Source: the human T2T-CHM13v2.0 reference genome, Homo sapiens
Reading direction: 5' to 3' (one strand)
Length of the DNA: 64,000 nucleotides
Assembly (NCBI RefSeq): GCF_009914755.1
Contig: NC_060928.1
The notes under the pieces were generated by a model. It ran no database searches and was not told the DNA's origin. It saw only the letters and a program-made list of their open reading frames with translations. A program made the position numbers and the translations under genes. This document shows, one piece after another, positions 14,012 to 28,211 of this stretch. How positions within the stretch are numbered: position 1 is the first letter of the stretch; each line of letters opens with the position of its first letter.

Positions 14012-14931
14012 GTATCACTTAGCAATAGCTGTTAAGTCTGTTAGTGAAGAAAGACATGAAAAATAAAGTAAAACAGTACATAATTTGAAAAGAAGAATAC
14101 TAAAAATGCAACTGATTATCTTTTTATTCATGTACATGGCATGTTTTCCCATTTTTTAAAAATCTGTAGCTTTTATTTGGCAGATTTTTTTGTACTTTGT
14201 GGGTAGAAAGATTATTTCCTATTTAAATTTATGAAACACATTACAAACATTTTAGCACTTTAGTATATGAAAAATAGTGTACTTTAACCATAGCTATAGT
14301 CCCATTTCCATCAATGTGGCTAAGATGTAGAATACTTACTAACCAAGTGATTGTTTCATACTTCTGTATATCCTTTTGTTGATGCCATGAAAATCTGGAG
14401 AAATTTAATAATGTCATATTTATTTATATTCTTAAAATGAAGAATAATACAACAAATGTATATTAAAATTCACATCATATGGTTTTAAATGAAGCAAACG
14501 GGTATAGGTAAAGAGACTGTTCTAAATGTCAAGGCTGCTCTGTTACTTTTTAAATTAATAGTGATAAAATCATAATTCAAATACTTTTTTTGGCTAGTCT
14601 TATACTTTTCCATAGTTAAAAGTGTTTCTACTCTTAACAGGTGCAGTGTATTAGTTTTTATAATTTATGCCAAGCTGTCAAAATTCTAATTTTCAAGTAT
14701 CATGATCTTTTTTACAAGTCCAAACTTATAAAGCATCTTTCTAGTGTTCACTGATATTTTTACTACTAATTTTCAGAAATGTATTGAATAGACACAATTT
14801 CCATTGTCCATGTTTTCATAGCATGTTGCTACATCTCTTTTATTTTGCAGTTTTTCCAGGTATACCAGCTATAGAGTCATGTCATTCGTTCTAGTTATCA
14901 CAGATTTTGTATAAGCAAATAGTTTAGAAAC

Positions 14932-15518
<587 letters not shown>

Positions 15519-15653
15519 TGAAACTTTCTATTTTTTGAAAATGTAAAACAAGTTTGATATATAATCAACATTTGGCAAAAACTATATCCTTTACAAAGCC
15601 ATGTTCAAATAGGTAAATGCATTCCTCTGCCTAGACTATGCTCATCTTGGGCT

Positions 15654-16214
15654 TGTAAAATAAAATTCCACTGGACAAAGTTAAACAGGTGAAGAAGACT
15701 TTATTCAAGATGATTGCAAAAAGAGAGAGATTGAAATCAACTCCACTTAAGCAAAAGGTGAGAAGGTTTTTAAACATTGGAGTGAACACATGGAAAAGTA
15801 CTGGAGGGCTTTAGGGAGGAGATTAATCACTGGAATGTGTCCAGCACAATTGGTTATTCTGAGCTTGCATTTTTATTTTCTGTGATTAGGCCATTTGTGT
15901 TTGCTAGTTGGGACCCATGGAAGTTAGTCTCCTGCTCTCCCAAGGAGACTGGGAGGTAAGGGTGCTATTCCCTACAATGTTTATATTTCAAAGAGATAGG
16001 TCTTGGGTCACTGAGAAGGACATTCCTGAGCCTTAATACTGGCAAGAAGCTGGGAGAAGATTTACATACATTTCAAAGGGCAGAAAAATAATTTATGATT
16101 GCAAGTTTTCTAAAATAAATATTCTAAGAAAAGTTTTGTCAGGGCTCTGTAGTCAGGAAGAACTCTGTGTAAAGTTCAGTCAAGCTGAGGGAATCATGAA
16201 GGCTTCCACGGTTA
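15654..16214 (-). mobile_element. ERV1 solo LTR (MER67-like)
   Basis: Reverse strand starts ...ttccctcagcttgactgaactt, resembling the remembered MER67 consensus. tttatt (AATAAA on minus) at ~15700. Confidence 0.55.
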
Positions 16215-18610
16215 GACTCAAAACGTTACTTCAACTTGGTTGCATGAACATTCGTTAGGGATGCTGGGACCTGCTACTCCTTTTTTGTAACCAGGACCCT
16301 TTGAGCCATGAGAAATTTAACACAAGAATGAGAATTTTTGGGGAGAGTTAACTGGCACAAGATACTGTTTACCTAAGACAATTAGACTTTATTCTAAGCT
16401 TGATTCAGAGAGACCCACATTCATAAACATTATACAACTAAAATATTTTAATAGCTATTTTTTTGTTCCCAAAGCTATGGCAGTGTACCTAAAAACAACA
16501 ACAATAAAATGGAAAGAGGGACTCAGATGCTGTCTTGTTTAAGTACCTTGCCTTAAATTTTGGTATTTCAAGGTATACTAGAGAACTAACAATACATTTT
16601 ATGTTGAACACTGACAAAACAAATAACCTAAATTTTACAGCCAAAAAGAACTAGTTTTAGCTGAGGTTACTATAAGGATAAAGAGGACAATTACATCATG
16701 CAAATTTTGAGTCTTTCACAGTGAGTTAGCCCTAGAGTATCTTTGATGAGAATGGCAGAGAGTACGTTTTTTTTTTTTCCAGAGAAGTAACTTTTTATAA
16801 ATCAGATATGTATGATTATTAATACCAATTATTGTCAATACAGGTCTTCCTGATTTTCCATCCTAGTAATTATCATTGACACTAATTCAGATATTTTTAC
16901 TTTCCCATTAACTTTCTACAATTTATGCAGGTCTCCAAACTTACATATTTATATCTGTTCTCCAAAGCCCTATTGCTCAATGTCATTATTGGGTTCACCC
17001 AAGTGCCTCATTCTTACCACATTCTAAGAACTGATGCCTTAGATCTGCTTCCTCTGTCCTTTAATGATCACGTTCTGCTCATCTCTTTAACCCTGCCACA
17101 GAGGAGGACAGCCCTCTGCAACATATATTTTAGTTTCTTACTTAAATGACTTCTTCCTTGCTTTTTAGAAAACAGACAGTAATGTTACACAATGTAAAGG
17201 AAATGGGTAAACTTTGAGAAAAAGCATCTATTAAAAACAAAACACCACAAAACAACTAGGGGGAAGAAGGAAGGAGAGTGTTGTTTCCAGTGTTATCATT
17301 ATATCTGTGAATGATAAACACAACACTTTCTAGCATTGTGAGAGCTGTTTTCTCACCTGTGATGTGAAAAAAAAGACAAGGGAAGAAATTAAGAAATGCA
17401 GAAGTCAAATACAGAATCTACGCATTATTTTCTCTAAAATAGAGCCTATATATAGGAATATGAGAATTTTTAAAATCTTTTTTAACAACCATGCAAACTT
17501 GGAAAAGATATTTTTTAATATTAAAAGTGATTCACATAATATTTTATAACTAGCAGCTTGATGACTTGTTGTATCTTACCTTGTTCTTGTTCAGTATTTT
17601 TCCAACATGAGTTTGTTAGGCACTTAATTTTTGCCAGATATTATAAGAGATCATTGGATATACCATTATTTAGAAATGATTCCTGCCCTAAAGTAATTTA
17701 TGAATTAGAAGTAAAGATGGTGAGAGAATAAGTAAATGTGATACAGAGAGATGAGTGCCTAATAAGGCTAAGTAAGGGAGAAGGGAACAATTACTAGCAA
17801 GAAATGGTGAATCAAGTGTTTGAGCAATCACAAAGGTTTCCTTAGGTAGAGAATTCTAGTAATAAGCATACGTGTGTGGGTTCCTCTGGAAAATATGTTA
17901 CCAGGAATTAAATTTCAAAAGTACATCTGCATTTAATTTTAATATTCTCTCTCAATTGCTTTTTGAATAGCCTGTACCAGATTATGTTCTCACTAAATAT
18001 TTTATACCTTCACTAACATTGTTTGCTATCAAGAACTTGACCTCTGATACTCCAATTTTTTTGTTTTTCCATATCTTGAGTTATAAACGATATTTGTTTG
18101 TTTGTTTTTTCCTGAGAACTCCTATGTAGGTTCCTTTTTATTTCAAATTGAATTGTTTTGGCCTTTTCTAAGTGCCTTGGAGGAGTTCATCCTTTATTTA
18201 AAAAACTATTTTTGTTTTTATTTAAAAATTTTTCCCACAGATTTTGACTTAGTAATAATCTATTTCACACAGAATTATTTTATTTTTAGATAGTTTTATT
18301 TTCCATGTTAAGATATTATTTCTTTATTGCAAGAATGGTTATTAAGGTTTAGTATTTTATATTTTATATTCATGGGAATTATACATGCTCTTTTGCAACA
18401 AGCTTCCCCTCCTCAACCCAGTTAATGGTAAATGAAGCAAAATTTCAGAATACCTATAACCTTAGCTTAATCTTTCTAAAAGCAGCAGATATTTCTTTCA
18501 CATAGCACTGGCATAACTTACGTAATCAGCTCTTTAGTGATGTGTACTTAGCCTTCTTGACAACTATGGAGGTGACTGTAAAGTTTTCATAGTCATTAAT
18601 ATTACACATT

Positions 18611-18963
18611 TGTATTAGTCTGTTTTTATGCTGTTGATAAAGACATACCCGAGACTGGGAAGAAAAGGAGGTTTAATTTGACTTACAGTTCCACATGGCT
18701 GGGGAGATCTCATAATCATGGCAGTGGGCGAAAGGCGCTTCTTACATGGTGGCAGCAAGAGAGAAAGAGGAAGAAGCAAAGTGGAAACCCCTGATAAACC
18801 CATCAGATCTCATGAGACTTATTCACTATCACATCAGAATAGCACAGGAAAGACCAGCCCCCATGATTTAATCACCTCGTCCTGGGTCCCTCCTACAACG
18901 TGGGAATTCTGGGAGATAAAATTGAAGTTGAGATTTGAATGGTGACACAGCCAAACCATATCA
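18611..18963 (-). mobile_element. THE1 (THE1C-like) MaLR solo LTR
   Basis: tgtattagtc...ccaaaccatatca termini; 5-bp TSD acatt/agatt. Confidence 0.9.
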
Positions 18964-18999
18964 AGATTCTATTATAAATTCCTAATATTGAATAATTTG

Positions 19000-20330
19000 T
19001 TTAACTATTTTATTTACTACTGATTTCAATTTGCTCAAATCCATTACAGATTTTTTTCTATTTCTTAATTTATTTGCTTGCATATTTAACTTTTGAGTTC
19101 TGTTCATGAGATTAGTTTGATTTATTTTTTAATGTGTAACCTTTGCCAGTTTGGGGTCAGTATTATGCTGTCCTCATAATCAATTGGTAGACATACTTAT
19201 CTCTATTACCTGGATCAATTTGGACAGATTTGATGTTTTCTTTTCTTTGAAAGCTCTGGGGAGAACTTTTTTTGTTTTTTAGATGGAGCCTCTGTCACCC
19301 AGGCTGGAGTGCAGGGGTGTGATCTTGGATCACTGCAACCTCTGCCTCCTGGGTTCAAGCGATTCTCCTGCCTCAGCCTCCCCAAGCAGCTGGGACTACA
19401 GGCACGTGCCACCATGCCCAGCTAATTTTTTTTCGTATTTTTAGTAGAGACGAGGTTTCGCCATGTTGGCCAGGCTGATCTTGAACTCTTGACCTCAGGT
19501 GATCCGCCCACCTCAGCCTCCCAACCAGGGAGAACTTTTATAACCATCAGAGCCTAGAGCTTGCTTAAGGGGCAGCTATCATTCTCAATTTTCAAATGTC
19601 TAAATTCTTTAGAACAGAAACTTGAGAGTTTCTATTTGTTGTCAATTATGCTTAGGTAGTTTGTATTATTCTAGAAAATAGCAATTTTAAATCATTATTC
19701 AGATTTATTTCATAATGTTGGTAAATTGAATAGGATTTTTTACATTGAATTCTACCTGTAATTTTCCCCCACTTTTAAAGTTTATGAATTTTAACTTTTT
19801 TTCCTTTGGTTGGTTCGTTTTGGTGAGGTTCATTTACTCTTGTAGTTTAATTTTATTATTGTGTTGATTTTTCTTATGCAAAAACAGAACTTTTGTTTAT
19901 TTATTACTTTAAAAATTATTACTTCCTTGTTTCTGCTTTACCAATTCTTTCATTCTGTGTTCCTTTGGCTTACGTAGTTATATATTTTCTAACGTTTGGA
20001 ACCGGTTACTCAATTCATTTATTTTTATTCTGTTTTTAAATTAGGTGTTTCAATCCATGTATTATTTTTTGAGTCTTGCTTTACTAATATGCCATAAATA
20101 TAGTTGCAGACTTTTAAAATTATTTTATATGCTCAATATTTTGTAAATTTTTGGCAATACTTCGAGTAATACTTGAGTTTTTGAATGTCTCATTATTATT
20201 TTTATACATTTAGTATTTATTACAGTTTATAACATGAATTTTGATGCTTTCATTTTCTATGCCTAAAGGTTTATGACATATTTTTGCATATTTTACATAT
20301 TTTTAAACGTTGTAAATTGAACTTTAAAAT
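19000..20330 (-). mobile_element. Highly decayed old L1M fragment(s)
   Basis: T-rich sequence with short L1-ORF2-like antisense words (tttgccagtttggggtcagtattatgctg). Boundaries uncertain. Confidence 0.4.
19267..19525 (-). mobile_element. 5'-truncated AluS
   Basis: Antisense Alu flanked by TSD gggagaactttt. Confidence 0.92.
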
Positions 20331-23239
20331 ATCTATTTACTGCTATTTAACATGAAATAAACCTTCTTTGGTGGTGGATCCATGGTTCTCATTTCAATTT
20401 TGGGGGGATCATCTGTAGGTAAGATATTCCTAAGATTTGTTTTGAGCATTTTGAGAGATTTTTTCCCTTTATTAAGTGAATGCCTTTCCTTCTTGATATG
20501 ACAAAAAAAATTTCCTACCTACATGCATATTTTTTCACATTTCATCTTTTTTGTGACGTTAAAAAACTGTTCACTCTATCTTTTTTTCTATTTCCGTTCA
20601 TGTGTGTGTTTCCTTTTTATAATGTGACACTTTATAGTCTACTTTCTTCAAGTGGTTACTTTTTAACTGTTTATTGGTAAAGTTTCAAAAACTTTAAAGA
20701 TTTAAACCATTATTAGCAAAAAGAAACTTTAAACCATTGTTAGCAAAAAAATAAAATAAAATCCAAAATACAGTTTCCACATGTCAATAAAAACTGTTAT
20801 GTATTTTTACAGGTAAAATTCTTAGTAATTACATTAAATGCATGAAAAAAATAAATTTCTCTCATATTCCAGATACAAACAACTAAGATAGATGTAGTAA
20901 TATTTTATTTTTGTATTCTGGGAAATCATTTTACATATGGCCTAGTGTATGAAAAATACTGGATCTTGATGTAGTCATTTTAGACTTTACCTATTGACTT
21001 CACACTTTAATGTGCGTTCTTTCATTTCTTTCCAGCTTTCTTCTCTTGCCTTCATGATCAGATTATATTATTTTTAGTTTTTCTGATAGTGACATTTGCA
21101 CCTTTAAGAAAATGCTTATACCTCTTTTACTCCATTTATTAATTTCAAACAGTTTCCATTGAACTTTCACTCCTTATTGTAAACAATGAAGTAATCAGAT
21201 TAGAGATTTCCTAGCTGATCTCTACTTAATTGACTTGTTTTAAGCATTGCTTGTTTGTTCTCTCTGTAAAACATAACTGATGAATGTCCACCATGTGTGA
21301 AAAACTAATTTCTAAGTAACTCTTACGTATCTTGCTCTGGCAAGCTGTATTTTCCAACGATGGATTAAACTATGTCTTTCATTCTGCATGCTGTTTTACA
21401 GTGGACCTTGACAACCTGCTGTCTTTGCCCTCTCTACTTGAATTTGGCAAACTAAGTATGTTGCTCCTAACCAACAGAATGCAATTAATGATGTTGTAGC
21501 TTGTAAGGCCAGTTTAGAAAAGGCCACACAGCTTCAGCTTGTCTTAAAACATTGTCTTTGGTGACAGCTGCCATGTAAGAAGCAAGACCACCATGCTGGA
21601 GAGGCCAAATGTGAACTCATGATATTTATACAACTTTTTTTCTACTTTTATTTTGGAAGGCTTCCCCTACCAAAACACTTTTTTTTTTCTCGACTAGCTC
21701 ACGGTTCATATTTCTCTGTGGTTTTGGAAATTTTTGCTAATCTATATCTTAATCTCTTAGTTTTATAGGTGTCTTATTTTCTTTCATGTCATGTTTAAAT
21801 TAAAAATTTAGTTATAATATTTAGTAAGTACATATAAACCATATAAATTTTTTATTGTATGCTGCTCATCTGCTTTTGATTTGTGATTTTTCTTGTTTTT
21901 AATATGATAATTTTACATAGAAATTTCTAACTTACTCTTTCTACTTGAATTGATGTAGTTCTGGGATCAGATAATTTATTCTTCTATAAATAATGTAAGG
22001 AATGCCTGGAGAGTGAGCAATTATGACAAGCAGCTCGAGCTTCCTTCTGTGGTCTATGGAAACTTCTCATCAACACTTCTTTGCCCTTTTGACTTGATTT
22101 GCCTTCCTGTAAGTTGAAAGTCCCCGTGACTCAGAATAAACTTTGCAGATTTTTTTCCTGTCTCTCTCTTCATGTAGCTGTCTTTTCAGATGACAAAAAA
22201 TTGGCATATGCAAAGCTTCTTGTGGCTCAGAATATTTCTCTTTTCTGACACAAAGGTACCCCGCTGGGAAAGGTGGATATCATTGCTTATTTTCAAAGTC
22301 AGTGCTGTCTTTTTGCCATACCATGGTGTTAAACTGGGTTCAGGGAGATTACCGGAGACAGCCAGTGATCTTCACTTATGTAAGGTAGGAAGAAGGGAGA
22401 CAATAATGAGTGTCCACTTGGTGACATGACAACATACCTGGAAATTCTGTGGTATGACTCTGAGTAATTTAGAGATGTCTCTAGCTTTTCTGTGACCCCA
22501 CCTATAAAAAGGTATTGTTTCTACATCTAATATTTTATTTATATCTTTTTTATAAAAATTGAATTTTATCATTAGCCTGTTTACCTTGTCTCATTAATTC
22601 CAACATCCAGGTAAAATAATTTTGGGCAATTCCTTATTGAATAGCTTCATTACTTTAGAAAAATCTTTTCCCTGAACATTTTGTCTAGATGAATGTACAG
22701 GTTCTAGATGTGTAAGTTTAAAATTTAAAATCTTTACTATCTTTGGCAGTTATTCTTCCTAGTTTTGACTTGTCATTTTATTTAATTTGTTGTTTCAGTA
22801 AATATATTTTTTTCTATTTTGTTGATTTTGGCTGGGAGTATAGGAAGAAAATGAAATTATAATTGCTGGAGTTTCAGATAATTCATTGTAAAACCACCCC
22901 AGATTTTCATTTCAAAGAAAATCTCTCTGGCAATTGATTATTAGAGATAAAGGAAGAGGAAAATGAAGGCTGAAGATGAATCCAAAGTCTTTTAATTAGA
23001 GGAAGTATGAACTAATATATTGGCATTAGTGTTAAAGAAAATAAAATGGAGTCTTGTTAAAGAAGAAGGACTAGGAGAATTTCATGATTGCTTTCAAGCT
23101 AGGCCGAGGGAGAGCAGAATCAAGCACAAAAGTCTGTTTGATGTTGACACACAAGTTTAATTTTCTGCTATTTTCTGGATTAAGAAAATCAGAAGAAGTT
23201 GAGTTCATTGTAATAGATGATGAGTATACTGTTGAACAG

Positions 23240-23472
23240 GGTGAGCTTTCAAAATTTTTGGAACATCAAGTAGTTGATTTTTATCTCTAGGGTGTGTCAA
23301 TGCCTGGAGGCATTTTTGTTTGTCATAACTGGGAGTGGTGAGTGCTAGTGGCCTCAGGTAGGTGGGGACCAGAGAAGATGCTAAAATTATTAATATGTAC
23401 AGGATAGCCCCTCAACAAAGGATTATCTGGTCCCAAGTGTCAATAATGTTGATGTTAAAAAGTCATGCTCTA
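23240..23472. mobile_element. MER20 hAT element
   Basis: gaggcatttttgtttgtcataactggg...aaaggattatctggtcccaagtgtcaataatg resembles MER20. Confidence 0.7.
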
Positions 23473-23824
<352 letters not shown>

Positions 23825-24070
23825 TCAATAGGCAGTTCCATATTCAGGTCTGGAATTCAAAAGGGAGAACGATGTTAGAGCCACATTTTGGGAGCAGACC
23901 TCTAGTTGACCCCAAAAGCGTTATTTATTCCTATTGAACATACAGAGAGACTACATTTCTCAGCTTCCCTTCTGTTAGGTGAGTTTTTGTGACTCACTTC
24001 TAACTAATGGAATTCAAAAATAATGATACACACTACTTCTAGGTCTAGTGTATTAAAAATTTTCCATTTG

Positions 24071-24330
24071 CAGGTGGCTCACGCCTGTAATCCCAGCACT
24101 TTGGGAGGCCGAGGCGGTGGATCACGAGGTCAGGAGATCAAAAGCATCCTGGCTAACACGGTGAAACCCCATCTCTACTAAAAATACAAAAAAATTGGCC
24201 AGGCTGCTCTGGAGGCTGAGGCAGGAGAATGGCGTGAACCCGGAAGGCGGAGCTTACAGTGAGCCAAGATTGCGCCACCGCTCTCCAGCCTGGGCGACAG
24301 AGCAAGACTCTGTCTCCAAAAAAAAAAAAA
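24071..24330 (+). mobile_element. AluY with an internal deletion, inside an old MLT1-like LTR
   Basis: AluY diagnostics (gatcacgaggtcaggagatc, ctggctaacacggtg, gagaatggcgtgaaccc, gagcttacagtg). About 30 bp are missing at the start of the right arm. Confidence 0.9.
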
Positions 24331-24570
24331 ATTAAAAAAAAATCCATTTTCAGTCCTCTATGTCTTTCCCTTTCCATTTGCTTTATACGAATGAGAACAA
24401 CCAACCTAGAAGCCATGCAAAGATGGTGGATCCACAATACAGAATTTTCCTAATTAGAAATCAGTACTTGGAAGAGAAAACTACCTGCTCGTTGAGAACA
24501 CTTGTGTTGGACCACTTGTAAGTAACAAAATAAACAGCTATTTTAAGAATTGGAGCGTTTGTGGTTATAT

Positions 24571-25100
24571 TTGTTATCTACTTCTGCATAACAACCCCAC
24601 AATTTAGTAACTTAACAAACATTTATTATCTCACACAGTTTCTGAGAGTCAGGAATCTTGGAGCAACTTAGCTGAGTGGTGCTGGCTCTGCATCTCTTGT
24701 AAAGTTGCAGTCAAGTTGTCAGCTGGGGCTGCAGTCATTTCAAGGCTCAACTGGAGCCAGAGAATCTGCTTCTAAGCTCACAGGGTTGTTGGCAGGCCTC
24801 ACTGTCTCATTGGCTGTTTGCCGGGGCCTCTGTTCCTTGCCACATGGGCCTCTCCAGAGGCTGTCTGAACAGCCTCCCTATATGGCAGCTGACTTCCACC
24901 AGAGCTGGTAGTAGAGAGAGGGGAGAAGAACTAAAAAAGATAAGGAGTGGGAGACACTAAAGATGGAGGCACAGAAGCCACGGTCTTTTATAATCTGATC
25001 TCAGAGATAGCATACCATCACTGTGCTATTGGTCACACAGAAGAATAATGGTGCAATGTGAGAGCTACCTAAGAGTGTGGATAACGGAGTATAAGGCTTA
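24571..25100 (-). mobile_element. MLT1F/G-like MaLR LTR
   Basis: catttattatctcacacagtttctg...ggggctgcagtcat...gctcaactggag is typical of the MLT1E-G group. Confidence 0.6.
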
Positions 25101-25107
25101 TTGCTAG

Positions 25108-25441
<334 letters not shown>

Positions 25442-25642
25442 TCACTTCAGATTTTAAACATTCACTACCACAGAAGTTTATCCTTTATATCAGATAGTAC
25501 TATTCTTATCATTATGAACAGTTCTATTTTTCTTTCATTAAGAATGAATAGTATTACTTGCATGGGAGAGTTTGACTTGGAAATCAAAGTGTAATGAAAG
25601 CTGATACAAATATCATAAATAGCAAACATGCTTTTAAGTATC

Positions 25643-26000
25643 TGCTATGGACTAACTACGTCCCTCAAAATTCATGTTACAGTCCTAACTGCTAATGTGA
25701 CTATATTTGGAGATAGGACCTTTTGGAGTTCTTTAAGGTTAAATGAGGTCATAAAGGTAAGGCCTTGATTGGATGGGATTAAGTTCCTTATAAGAAGGCT
25801 ACCAGAGAGCTTGCTCTCTTTCCACCACATGAGAACACAGTAAGAAGGTGGCCATCTACAAGACAGGAAGAGGGCCCTCACCACGCTAGCTCCCCAGTCT
25901 CAGACTTTCAGGCTCCGGAACTGTGGGAAAATGAATTTCAAGTCTTTAAGCCTCCCAGTCTATGGCATTTTGTTAAGGTAGCCTGAGTTGACTAGTAACA
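25643..26000 (+). mobile_element. MLT1A-like MaLR solo LTR
   Basis: tgctatggact...gactagtaaca termini, ~360 bp. Confidence 0.8.
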
Positions 26001-27009
26001 GTAACCATTTGTAGAGGGTTTATCCCACGTTTACCTGGAGTAACAAAGAGAGATACATCCCTAAAGAAGTCATTGCCATGTCATAGGAAAATCTGTACCA
26101 GGAATGTTCCCTGGGCAGACTGTTGAGAAACTTCAGACTGAGATTTAGGGAGAAGAGAAGAACCTAGGAATAAAGCCCAAGTCAAATCTACATTGTCTGA
26201 ATGGAAGATTCTTGAATTCAAGAATGAGAACCTCAAACAGTAAGCAGCGAGGAAAACTAGAGAGCAGACGAAGCTCATGGTTAAAACCCAGTCTTTTATA
26301 GCTGACAGATATGGGTTTAATCTCAGCTTTATCAGTAACTGCGTAACTTTGAACAAGTAAATTTACTTGGTTTTAGCTTTCTTAGCTCTAAAGTTAGGAT
26401 ATAAAAACATATTTCATAAGATTGTTTTAAGAAGTAAACTACTATGCATGTAAAATACATAGTAGAGTGTCCATTGTAGAGGAACACTCAATACATATTT
26501 AATAAAGTGCTTAAACATTCTCATTATCAACCTGAACAAAGAGCATACTTGTTAAGTTTGCCAGTGACAGATATTAAAAGTGGAGATTGAAGGGAAAATG
26601 ATGTATAGAAGAGAGATTTTAACTTCAAAGTGACATAAGTAATTTGAAGAAGAAATCAGGGTAAGTGACTTGCTTAAATATCCATACAGTAAATATTTAT
26701 TATGTGCTTACAGTGTGCACTAGGAATTAAGCAGTGAAAAAAAAATACAAAGGAAAACACCAACAACGTCTCTTCTAACATGGAGCTTACATTCTAGCAG
26801 TAAGAGAAGGACCATAAACAAATACATATGTAGTATAACATGACTGAATGCTATGGAGAAAAATAAGAACAGTAAGGGGGATGTGGGGACCTGGGGATTT
26901 CTTTTATATAGGATAGTCAAGAAAGGCCTCATTACCAAGTAATTTTACTCAATTGTTTATTCAATTTATTTATTTGTTGATCCCATAATACTTATTTATG
27001 TATTTATGT

Positions 27010-27318
<309 letters not shown>

Positions 27319-27731
27319 CCATAATATTTATTTAGAGTATACACTGTGATAGGTACTAAAAAGCCTCTGATACTTCAGTAAAAAACTGCAATGGTGTTTG
27401 CAACAGGCAATTCAGTTTGGCCATGATTCTTTTGACTGTTATAACACTATCCTAAGAAAAAGTCTATATTTCCACTTTACTGGGTCCTTGAAACTCAAAC
27501 TCAATGTTAAAAAGCTCTGATTTGTGGTTGAAATTATAATCTGGCTAAAAGCCGGCAACGTGGAGCCATTTTTCAATTTTTAGTGAATCATAAGCAGTCT
27601 TATATTTAAGACAGATAAAATTATTGTACAAAATTATGTTTTTCTGTACTTAAAAGGAGAAAAAACAATGAAGGTTGTTAATGTTTGAAAAAAGAAGGCA
27701 TCTATGAGGAAGCTTTGTATTGGTAGAAAAG

Positions 27732-28211
27732 TGTTAAAGGAAATAAAATCTCAGGACCCCAAGCTCACTATGACAAAGGAAAATTAAGCTTGGGACCTGA
27801 GTCATGCAAAAACTGCCATTCTTTTGTCCCCAAACAGATAGCTATAATTTCACATGCTTACTTTATCTTGTGTAAAATGTAGATTTACTGAGAGTGAGGA
27901 TAAATGCACAATTGACTCCTTTCTCCTTTTGCCACATGTAACATAGATTCATTGAGCACTAATCAGAGCCTCACAAGAATGTAGCCATTAGCTTCCATGC
28001 CTACCCTCTCTCCTTCTTTTCCTTCCCTGTTTTAATTTCCTGCCTGCTTGCTCTCTCTCCTTTAAATATTGAAGTTCCCAAAACCCTCTTTAGAAAAAGC
28101 ACAGGACACCGCCTACTGTGACTTGTGCTTCTTTTTCCCAGCCACATCCTCTACCTTGCAAAGCAAAATCTCTAAATCACTTGAGATCTGCCTCATTCAC
28201 TTTTTGGTTTC
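27732..28211 (+). mobile_element. ERV1 MER4-group solo LTR
   Basis: tgttaaaggaaataaaatctcaggacccc start and overall resemblance to MER4-group LTRs. Exact family not determined. Confidence 0.55.
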